Shown here: in pieces, positions 1 to 6,810 of the stretch | How the letters are laid out: every line of letters starts with the position of its first letter | Position numbering within the stretch: position 1 is the stretch's first letter | Source of the DNA: an uncultured virus (IMG/VR IMGVR_UViG_3300020194_001970) | Lineage: Duplodnaviria; Heunggongvirae; Uroviricota; Caudoviricetes | Length of the DNA stretch: 20,000 nt | Virus record (IMG/VR): IMGVR_UViG_3300020194_001970 | Reading direction: 5' to 3' (one strand) | The notes under the pieces: generated by a model | The model's database searches: none | The model's input: the letters and a program-made list of their open reading frames with translations, nothing else | What the model was told of the DNA's origin: nothing | Program-made: the position numbers and the translations under genes

Positions 1-2347
1 GTTGTCTTGCTCCTTTATCTTTCTGTAGTTGTGAAACTTGAGATTTAATGTTATGCCAACCACCTTTAGCATATTTATTGTCACTAGTTTGAACAAACAT
101 TTTAGCTTTAGGTAACCTAAGAACATTGCCGGAAGCCATAGCTTCTAAAGCAAAATTAGGAACAAATCCATCACTCATAATTTTAAATTTTGAAGGATTC
201 TTAGCTAAGTTTTGCAGTTGATTTCTATTGTAACCTTTATTTGATAAGTAATCAATTAATGGAGCTCCAAGATATTGTTGATTTGGATTTTGTTGAAACA
301 TCCTGAGTATCTCTTGGTCCCAGATATTTTTTGATTTTATGATTTGCGGTTGAGTGTTTTTATAGTTAAATTTAATGCCTTTATTTGCGGGGTCATTTAA
401 TGTGTCTTTTATTTTTTGTGCCCTACTTCTTGGGTCTATAAAGTTTGGAATAAATCCATCAAACATATAAGGATCAAAACCATGTTTATTTTCAAAGTCT
501 GATTGGTATTTTTTTCCAGCTTTACTTTTAAAAGGGGGAACAATAGCTTCTTGCTTCATTCCGGGGAATTTTTTTACTGATTCAGAACCATTATAAACAA
601 CTCTACCAACCCCATCAATATTCATGGATTTTACATTTCCCGGAACATATCCGGCTTTTAAGGCTGAATTTTTCTCTACCATCTTTTCCGTTTGGGAGAC
701 AGAAAAGTTTGGTATGTATCCTTCTGCAGCAGTTTTCTTTGGCGGTAATGTTAAGTCAGGATTAACGCCTTTCCTAACTAAACCTGGAGCTAGAGTTCCA
801 GCAATTCTTTGTTGTTGTTGAAGATATCGAGTTTGCTGTTTGATTACTTCAAGCATTACTTGTTCTTGCTTTGTTTTATCGTTGGCATATTTATTTAATT
901 CAACAGCTAGCTGTTTATTTTGAGACATAGCCATAACAATACTTTCTTGTATAGCTTTTTCTTTATCTTTAGCGCTAACAATTCCAAGAACATCCTTCAG
1001 AGAAGATTTTGCAAACTTTAGCGCATTAGTAAATAGTTTAGCGAAAACGCCAAAAACTAAAACCAGTCCTGGGCCAGTTAGAACACTCCCTATTCCACTA
1101 ACAAGGCCTTTGGCAAAATCAGCACCAATTCCTTCACTATCCTTACCAAATAAATCATTCAGACCTCCAGCTAGAGAGTTAACAGCATCCAAAACTTTGG
1201 ATATTCCTGGAGCCAAAGCTAAGTCTCCTAAATTTTTAGAAAGTTCTTGTATAGTTAAGGATGTTTGGGTAGCTAAAGAAGAAATTGTTTTTTGAAGTTG
1301 AGCATTCTTTTGTTGAGCTTGATCGGTTGCTTGTGAGGAAATTTGTGTTGCTTGCGCATACAAAGAATTCTCTCTATTCAAATCTTTTAATGCCGCTTTT
1401 AAAACGTTGATCTGGAAAACGCCACCAACTTGTTCTGCTACCGCAGCTTTCGTAGCAGAACCAAGAGTATCGTAAGCTTTAGATAAACTTTGCAAGACAG
1501 ATAAAGCTGGCAAAGTATTACCTCTAATATCTCTTACTGCAACACCAAGCTCTTCAAGCCTATCTAAAGTGCTGCTACGTTGAATACGAGTAAATATAGT
1601 TTTAAAACTATTACCAATAACCGCACCACCTCTAGCAGTGATTTGTTGAGCGGATGTAACTGCACCAACTAATTGGTCAAAATTAACACCAGCATCTTGA
1701 GCAACAGCTCCTGCTCGAGCAAGAGCATCGATAAGGTCATCAGCACTAACGGCAAATTTAACATCGACTGCAGCCAATTTGTTGATGATATTTGTAGTAG
1801 TCAACCCAGCATCAGCAAAACCATTTACCGCAGCAGTTAAACCTGAAACGGCATCAGCCGCTTTGATTCCAGTTAGTCGAGTTAAGATCAACGCATCATT
1901 AGTACGTTTTAAAGTTTCCTCCATACTTAAACCTTGACGTGAAAACTCCAATGCGGCTTCTGCTGCGACTTCCAAGCTTTGGGAGGTATTTCTGGCGACT
2001 TTAAATAAATCGTTACCAAATTTTTGTAGGTTAGTTAGGCTGGTATTTAAAACCACATTGATATCAGTTAATATTTTCTCAACTTTAATAGACTGAACCG
2101 TAAGCTCTTTGAAAGCAGTTACAACTGAACCAATGATAGCCGCTGAAGCTCCAAACGCTATAACACGAGCATTAGAAGCTTCTAAAGATTTAGTGAACTC
2201 ATCCGCCTTCTGTGTAATTCTACCGAGTGGTTGAGTGTAATCAGAAGATCTTATTTTTACATTAAGACCTCTACGATTAATTCTATTTACTACATCTTGA
2301 ATTGACTCATCGAGTCCAACTTGCTGTGTTTTAATATTAAGCGCCAT
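1..2347 (-). CDS. Phage tail tape measure protein, TP901 family (runs off left edge; at least 782 aa in window)
   Basis: Not in the ORF track because there is no stop in the window. Manual translation from ATG 2347: MALNIKTQQVGLDESIQ...ARNTSQSLEVAAEAALEFSRQGLSMEETLKRTNDALILTRLTG...INKLAAVDVKFAVSADDLIDALARAGAVAQDAGVNFDQLVGAVTSAQQITARGGAVIGNSFKTIFTRIQ, the typical TP901 TMP core. AAGGAATAAGGT SD-like sequence directly upstream. Frame is consistent at the spot-checked positions 721, 457 and 178. Confidence 0.92.
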   Translation of the reverse strand, partial: MALNIKTQQVGLDESIQDVVNRINRRGLNVKIRSSDYTQPLGRITQKADEFTKSLEASNARVIAFGASAAIIGSVVTAFKELTVQSIKVEKILTDINVVLNTSLTNLQKFGNDLFKVARNTSQSLEVAAEAALEFSRQGLSMEETLKRTNDALILTRLTGIKAADAVSGLTAAVNGFADAGLTTTNIINKLAAVDVKFAVSADDLIDALARAGAVAQDAGVNFDQLVGAVTSAQQITARGGAVIGNSFKTIFTRIQRSSTLDRLEELGVAVRDIRGNTLPALSVLQSLSKAYDTLGSATKAAVAEQVGGVFQINVLKAALKDLNRENSLYAQATQISSQATDQAQQKNAQLQKTISSLATQTSLTIQELSKNLGDLALAPGISKVLDAVNSLAGGLNDLFGKDSEGIGADFAKGLVSGIGSVLTGPGLVLVFGVFAKLFTNALKFAKSSLKDVLGIVSAKDKEKAIQESIVMAMSQNKQLAVELNKYANDKTKQEQVMLEVIKQQTRYLQQQQRIAGTLAPGLVRKGVNPDLTLPPKKTAAEGYIPNFSVSQTEKMVEKNSALKAGYVPGNVKSMNIDGVGRVVYNGSESVKKFPGMKQEAIVPPFKSKAGKKYQSDFENKHGFDPYMFDGFIPNFIDPRSRAQKIKDTLNDPANKGIKFNYKNTQPQIIKSKNIWDQEILRMFQQNPNQQYLGAPLIDYLSNKGYNRNQLQNLAKNPSKFKIMSDGFVPNFALEAMASGNVLRLPKAKMFVQTSDNKYAKGGWHNIKSQVSQLQKDKGARQ

Positions 2348-2349
2348 AC

Positions 2350-2369
2350 CTTATTCCTTTGGGAATAAG
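2350..2369 (-). promoter_or_regulatory. 8-bp perfect hairpin (CUUAUUCC-CAAA-GGAAUAAG on the mRNA) overlapping the TMP Shine-Dalgarno
   Basis: Plus strand CTTATTCC (2350-2357) TTTG GGAATAAG (2362-2369). The mRNA 3' arm is the purine-rich SD 2-10 nt before ATG 2347. Confidence 0.6.
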
Positions 2370-2374
2370 TACAC
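2370..2374 (-). promoter_or_regulatory. GTGTA motif (putative phage late promoter element) upstream of the TMP gene
   Basis: TACAC on plus strand in a 28-bp intergenic gap, 22 nt before the ATG. The same motif recurs in other gaps. Confidence 0.55.
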
Positions 2375-2375
2375 T

Positions 2376-3380
2376 TTATTTTGTTTTGTGTCCGCTTAAT
2401 TCCATTAAATCTTGCATAGAAAGTGAGCCGCCTTTTTTTTCGGCAGCTTCATGCAAAGACATTCTTGCCCCAGAATTTGGTTTTTCAAGCCCCGCATATT
2501 CATAGTCTTCTTGAGTTGCTCCAAACAATGTAGTTCCATCTTTATCTGAAGATAGTTGTTTTTGCATTTTCTCTTTAGCTTCATCACTAATGCTACCATA
2601 ATCCAATAAAGCTTGCGGATCTTTCTTTATTTTTTCTGGAATATGGCTGTTATTCTCAAATATATTTTTAAAAATTTTAGTATAAACAATTAACTTCAAT
2701 TGGTTATATGTTAAATGACAAACTGGATTACCAAAAAAACCAACTGTATCATCGCTAAATGGAAAATAAATATAGTAAAAATCTTGAAGAATCATTTCTT
2801 GTATTTTTAATTCTTCAAACATTTTAAATGTATCATTGTAGACTTGAATAAATTTAACTATATCTTCAGAGTATAATTCATCAAAATCTTCTTCATTAGG
2901 AAAAACAGCAGATTTTAATTCTCGATCATTAAAAAAACTTTTAATAACATAATGATCATTTGATCTTTTTTCGGAATAACTTTCAGCATTAACACCAACT
3001 AATGAATGCCTTTTTTCTTTTAACTCATTAATTTTTTTACGAGTTTCTTGAATAGTTTCATTTTGTTTGTCTATTTGAGATTTTAGAATTAATTCAGTTT
3101 TAGTTTTTTGGAGCTGCTCAATAAACTTTTCTTGCTTGATGATTTCATTTTCGTCTTTGTCCGACCAAATTCCTTGAGAATTTAGTTCTTTTAAAACTTC
3201 TTTTTCTGTGGGTATACCTCTGTTAATCGCAGATTTAAGATGCTTTTCTTTAATTTCATCAATATCTACTTGATCAAGAGCACTTAAGTGTTTGATGTAG
3301 AATTTAGTTTCGTCTATTGAAACTTCTGAATATCCTACAACAATATCTCGAAAGATTTTCCTGTAAGATGATATATCCAC
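2376..3380 (-). CDS. Putative tail assembly chaperone-like protein 2 (334 aa, GTG start)
   Basis: Long ORF immediately upstream of the TMP, in the chaperone position. Has a coiled-coil centre and is visibly paralogous to 3382-4230. The function call rests on synteny. Confidence 0.6.
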   Translation of the reverse strand: MDISSYRKIFRDIVVGYSEVSIDETKFYIKHLSALDQVDIDEIKEKHLKSAINRGIPTEKEVLKELNSQGIWSDKDENEIIKQEKFIEQLQKTKTELILKSQIDKQNETIQETRKKINELKEKRHSLVGVNAESYSEKRSNDHYVIKSFFNDRELKSAVFPNEEDFDELYSEDIVKFIQVYNDTFKMFEELKIQEMILQDFYYIYFPFSDDTVGFFGNPVCHLTYNQLKLIVYTKIFKNIFENNSHIPEKIKKDPQALLDYGSISDEAKEKMQKQLSSDKDGTTLFGATQEDYEYAGLEKPNSGARMSLHEAAEKKGGSLSMQDLMELSGHKTK

Positions 3381-3381
3381 A

Positions 3382-4230
3382 TTACAGGGTACCTTCTTCT
3401 ATATCTTTCTCTAAATCCTTGAAATCTTCTTCTGAAGAAGAGCTGCTGAAATACCAAAAACTAACAAAAGCAGTCAGTTTGTCGTAAACAATTGAGAGTA
3501 GATCATTTTCCTCTTCTTCCAGTTGGTAAAAGAATTCTTTTTTCTCATTGAAATCTGCTCCTTCAAAATATGGAACAAGCTTGTCATCTTTTTCAATGTA
3601 TGATAAATTTAATAAATACCAGGTAATTACTTTGTTTTGAGCTCGACTATCAGCGGTATGATTCAGGAGGGCGCTGAAGTTAGTTTCAGCTGTGGCAATA
3701 GCTTTACGTAATGTTGCCATTTGTTCAGAAACTTTTTTTCTTTTTTCTTCATTGCTTGGATTTTGAGCCTGCATATTTAATTGAGTGAACTCGGTTTGCA
3801 TTTCACCCAATTTACCATAAAGCTCTTTCAGCTTTTCTGCATCAGACTCACTAAGCATTCCGCCTGTATCAGAATACTTATTCATTAACATAGCTTTAGT
3901 GAGAACTCCTTGCTTGACACATTTACTCATTTCAATGCTATATTCCATGTCGGCCTCCTCCATTTGGCGGCGGGTGGGCTGTTTGATTACGAATGTATGT
4001 TCAACCTTATTTGTTTCAGTACGTTTTTCTTTAACGATCTGTTTTTCTTTAATCTTTCGTTTTTCTTTATCTTTATATTTTTCTTCGGTACCGTCTTCTT
4101 TTTGACGAGTTTTTTCTACCTCGATTTCTTTTTCGACTTCAATTTCTTTTTCGACATCGACTTCTTTTTCTTCTTCGACATCTTGAAAGACTTTAAAACG
4201 ATATATTTCTTTATTTGTTTTTGTATACAT
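3382..4230 (-). CDS. Putative tail assembly chaperone-like protein 1 (282 aa)
   Basis: Start revised from 4287 to ATG 4230 (MYTKTNKE...), which is preceded by AAAGGAACAAGGTA and avoids overlap with the upstream gene. Position two genes before the TMP; FVIKQPTRRQMEEA motif resembles chaperone N-termini. Confidence 0.6.
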   Translation of the reverse strand: MYTKTNKEIYRFKVFQDVEEEKEVDVEKEIEVEKEIEVEKTRQKEDGTEEKYKDKEKRKIKEKQIVKEKRTETNKVEHTFVIKQPTRRQMEEADMEYSIEMSKCVKQGVLTKAMLMNKYSDTGGMLSESDAEKLKELYGKLGEMQTEFTQLNMQAQNPSNEEKRKKVSEQMATLRKAIATAETNFSALLNHTADSRAQNKVITWYLLNLSYIEKDDKLVPYFEGADFNEKKEFFYQLEEEENDLLSIVYDKLTAFVSFWYFSSSSSEEDFKDLEKDIEEGTL

Positions 4231-4264
4231 TACCTTGTTCCTTTGGTTGTTAAATATTATAAAT

Positions 4265-4549
4265 TTATTTGAAATTAAATTCAACAATAAATTTTTCTAA
4301 ATCATTTTCAGACCCTCTGATTGATTCGTTTCCCATATCTAGTATTTTTTTGCGAAGATATTGCATTTTTTCTTCATCAAAGTAATTAGCTTGATTTAAT
4401 AGATTAGTATGCTCTGGGAGAGATTTTTTTAATTTATGAAAACAGATTTGGTTTTCTGTATATAGGTCTTCCATTAGAACCAAGAAGTTTTTAAATAAAC
4501 TTTTAGTGCTACCATTAAACCTGTCCGAAAGAAAATCTTTAGCTTCCAT
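4265..4549 (-). CDS. Hypothetical protein (94 aa), first gene of the leftward operon
   Basis: Start revised to ATG 4549 (MEAKDFLS...), preceded by AAAAGGTTTT. The GTG at 4576 used by the ORF track is the GTGTA motif itself. Confidence 0.7.
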   Translation of the reverse strand: MEAKDFLSDRFNGSTKSLFKNFLVLMEDLYTENQICFHKLKKSLPEHTNLLNQANYFDEEKMQYLRKKILDMGNESIRGSENDLEKFIVEFNFK

Positions 4550-4571
4550 AAAACCTTTTACCAACAAATAG

Positions 4572-4596
4572 TACACAAATTATTGGTTTACGTGTA
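4572..4596. promoter_or_regulatory. Back-to-back GTGTA motifs (TACAC-N15-GTGTA), putative divergent promoters
   Basis: TACAC at 4572-4576 points to ATG 4549 (minus) and GTGTA at 4592-4596 points to ATG 4606 (plus), within the 56-bp divergent spacer. Confidence 0.6.
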
Positions 4597-4605
4597 AAAA
4601 AAAGC

Positions 4606-5064
4606 ATGGGTTCATTAATTAGTGATAGTGATAAAGAGAGGTTTCAGTCTGTATTTGAAGATATACATGATACATTTGCGCGTGATATTAAATTTATTCA
4701 GGATGCAAAAAGAGTAATTTTAAGTACAGACCCAAATTATAATTATCTTTATAATAATGTTAGAGGTCAAGTTGCTTCTGTTAAGTATAAGATTACAGAA
4801 AAAGTATTTAAAGCTAGGATTTTATATATAGGAAGACAAAATGAAGATGTTTTTGATGCTGAAGCTGGAGCTCAAATTAAGGTCGATAAACATGTTGGAG
4901 AGGTTAGAATTAAGGTGGATTCGATTGGATATAAATACTTAAAAGACACTAAACGCTGTGAGTTTGATGGTAGGAAGTTTTCGATCATTAGTGATGAAAT
5001 ACCTCATGGGTTATTCACTCCTCATTTTTATACATTCTATTTAAAACCAGTAGACGAGGGTTAA
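4606..5064 (+). CDS. Putative head-closure / head-tail adaptor protein (152 aa)
   Basis: Size and beta-rich pattern (FKARILY...GEVRIKV...CEFDGRKFSII...FYTFYLKP) resemble SPP1 gp16 / lambda FII-like adaptors. Synteny with tail genes. Confidence 0.55.
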   Translation: MGSLISDSDKERFQSVFEDIHDTFARDIKFIQDAKRVILSTDPNYNYLYNNVRGQVASVKYKITEKVFKARILYIGRQNEDVFDAEAGAQIKVDKHVGEVRIKVDSIGYKYLKDTKRCEFDGRKFSIISDEIPHGLFTPHFYTFYLKPVDEG

Positions 5065-5065
5065 A

Positions 5066-5668
5066 ATGTTTGCACAAAAACCAAACAAGAATAAAATCAG
5101 GGCATTAATTGATCTTAGGAGATCGCCTGAATATATTTTGGGTGTTAAAAAAATCATAAATCAAGAGTTTGATGCAATTAAAAATAATTTTATATCTGAA
5201 TTTAACAACCATCCTGTGACCAGAGAAATAGAAGCGGGAGTAGGATCTGCTAATATATCTGGAACGCTAGGTGGATACGGAAATCTTTTTTCTTATATAG
5301 GTTTTAGTGCAGGTGATAAACCAATTCAAAATATTAGAAATAAATTTAATGAAATATTTATAACAAATGTAAATATAAAAAAAGATGGTTCGTCTATTGT
5401 TTTTGTCTCTTACCCTCAACCAAAAGATATTTTTGCAGTTACCCCATTACCTTGGGCAGAGGGAAGAAGTTGGGCAGAGGGTATAGAGCTGGGTCTTCCT
5501 GGATTTGGTTCTTACTTAAATACTGAAACTTCAAAAAGTAGGTCTGGACAAGGTATTCAAATAAAAAATAGTGTAAGAAGGGGTAAATTTCAAAATACAT
5601 CTTATATAACAAAGTTAATTAGAAATTTTGAAAAACAAATTATCAATTTAAACAGAAGTACATTTTAA
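5066..5668 (+). CDS. Putative neck / tail-completion protein (200 aa)
   Basis: Basic protein lying between the head-closure and terminator candidates, as for HK97 gp10-like proteins. Translationally coupled to its neighbours. Function is from synteny only. Confidence 0.45.
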   Translation: MFAQKPNKNKIRALIDLRRSPEYILGVKKIINQEFDAIKNNFISEFNNHPVTREIEAGVGSANISGTLGGYGNLFSYIGFSAGDKPIQNIRNKFNEIFITNVNIKKDGSSIVFVSYPQPKDIFAVTPLPWAEGRSWAEGIELGLPGFGSYLNTETSKSRSGQGIQIKNSVRRGKFQNTSYITKLIRNFEKQIINLNRSTF

Positions 5669-6765
5669 TGAAGCCGCAATTCCAACATCAAATTATAACC
5701 AGCTTCGCACTTTGGATTGATCATATTATTTTACAGAGAGGGGAAGCTTTTCAAAATATAGATGCTTCGTTTTATCTTCAAGATGACCCTAGACTAGATC
5801 CCGAATTTATATCTTTCGCGTCTCCACACAAACAGTGGGTTACGGATTCTTCAATTAAAGGCGCTGAAGTTATTAAAGGAATAACTCTGGATGGACAATA
5901 TATCGAAAAAAATAAAGAAGGTATTAGATATGACTATAACAATGGAAGAGTAGTTATTCCACGTTTAATAGCAAATGAATCTTCAAGAGTTGAAGGTGTA
6001 TACTCTGTTAAAGATTTTAATATTTATATAACAGATCAAACTGAAGAAGAATTATTAATTGAAACTAAATTTGATAAAAATAGTAGATTCGACCAGGAAG
6101 TTGATGGAGGTGTTAAGCCTTATGACCAGGTAGTACCCGCAATATTTGTTTCTTACGAAGAAGGATTTAATGCTCCATTTGCTTTTGGTGGTGAAGATAC
6201 AACTAACTCTATGATTCGATGTGTTGTTTTTTCAGAAAGCTCATACCAGTTAGATGGAGTTTTTTCCATATTAAAAGATTTAAATAATATTGCTATATCG
6301 AACGTAGGATTTGATGAACATCCATTGAATGAATTTGGGGACTTGAAGTATGGAATTTATGACTATAAAGACTTAAGTGATAGATATTATAATATAAAAA
6401 ATAGCCAAAGCATATTTCATGTAAATCAAGTTACTGTTTCAAAACTGAATGATAAAGTAGCTAAAAAAAGCCACCCTGGATTATATATAGGGTTCGTTGA
6501 TTTTAAAATTAATAGTTATAGGTTTCCTCGAGCCGAGCTTGTTGAGCCTGTTGCTATTAGACCTCCAAATGTACCGCTGGCGCCTGTGTCTCCGTTTAAT
6601 TTGCAGCTGGCACCACAGCTACCTTTAAGCCCTGAAAAATTAACGTTAAACGATAAGCCATTGGCTCCAGAAAAACTAATATTAAACCAAGAGCCTTTAG
6701 CTCCTGAGTCCTTAAAATTTAACGAAAAACCATTGTCTCCCGAGAGATTAACTTTAGTAGAATAA
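5668..6765 (+). CDS. Putative tail terminator-like protein with C-terminal Pro-rich repeat array (365 aa)
   Basis: TAATG overlap with the upstream gene. The C-terminal half (VVPAIFVSYEEGFNAPFAFGG...IRCVVFSESSYQLDGVFSILKD...YIGFVDFKI) follows the tail-terminator pattern, and the gene lies before the tube genes. Confidence 0.55.
   Translation: MKPQFQHQIITSFALWIDHIILQRGEAFQNIDASFYLQDDPRLDPEFISFASPHKQWVTDSSIKGAEVIKGITLDGQYIEKNKEGIRYDYNNGRVVIPRLIANESSRVEGVYSVKDFNIYITDQTEEELLIETKFDKNSRFDQEVDGGVKPYDQVVPAIFVSYEEGFNAPFAFGGEDTTNSMIRCVVFSESSYQLDGVFSILKDLNNIAISNVGFDEHPLNEFGDLKYGIYDYKDLSDRYYNIKNSQSIFHVNQVTVSKLNDKVAKKSHPGLYIGFVDFKINSYRFPRAELVEPVAIRPPNVPLAPVSPFNLQLAPQLPLSPEKLTLNDKPLAPEKLILNQEPLAPESLKFNEKPLSPERLTLVE
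6580..6762 (+). repeat. Five 12-13-aa repeats P-[LV]-[AS]-P-x-x-L-x-[LF] (about 36-bp period)
   Basis: APVSPFNLQLAPQ / LPLSPEKLTLND / KPLAPEKLILNQ / EPLAPESLKFNE / KPLSPERLTLVE-stop. Confidence 0.85.
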
Positions 6766-6791
6766 AAAAATATATATTTTATTATAAATAA

Positions 6792-6796
6792 GTGTA
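6792..6796 (+). promoter_or_regulatory. GTGTA motif upstream of the 6811 gene
   Basis: In a 45-bp intergenic gap, 14 nt before the ATG. Confidence 0.55.
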
Positions 6797-6810
6797 ACTA
6801 TTAAAATATC

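Noticed and set aside
3376..3402. Programmed frameshift joining the two chaperone-like genes
   Set aside because: The downstream frame is +1 and is open for only six codons before its GTG (in-frame TAG upstream). There is no slippery heptamer, ACC-CUG-UAA does not fit the CCC-UAA +1 type, and gene 2 has its own AAGGT SD-like sequence.
624..4272. Short or Phe-rich ORFs (624-821, 1110-1295, 2405-2599, 3899-4105, 3910-4272)
   Set aside because: They overlap longer, well-supported minus-strand genes. The Phe-rich ORF is the antisense reading of Lys/Glu codons.
5571..6000. Intragenic GTGTA copies (e.g. 5571, 5996; also 2212, 2235, 8460, 13114, 13192)
   Set aside because: Their number is compatible with chance occurrence of a 5-mer and they are not positioned just before starts, so they were not counted as promoters.
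6783..6790. TATAAATA, the T4 late promoter consensus
   Set aside because: It is a single intergenic instance in very AT-rich DNA and is not repeated upstream of the other structural genes, unlike GTGTA.
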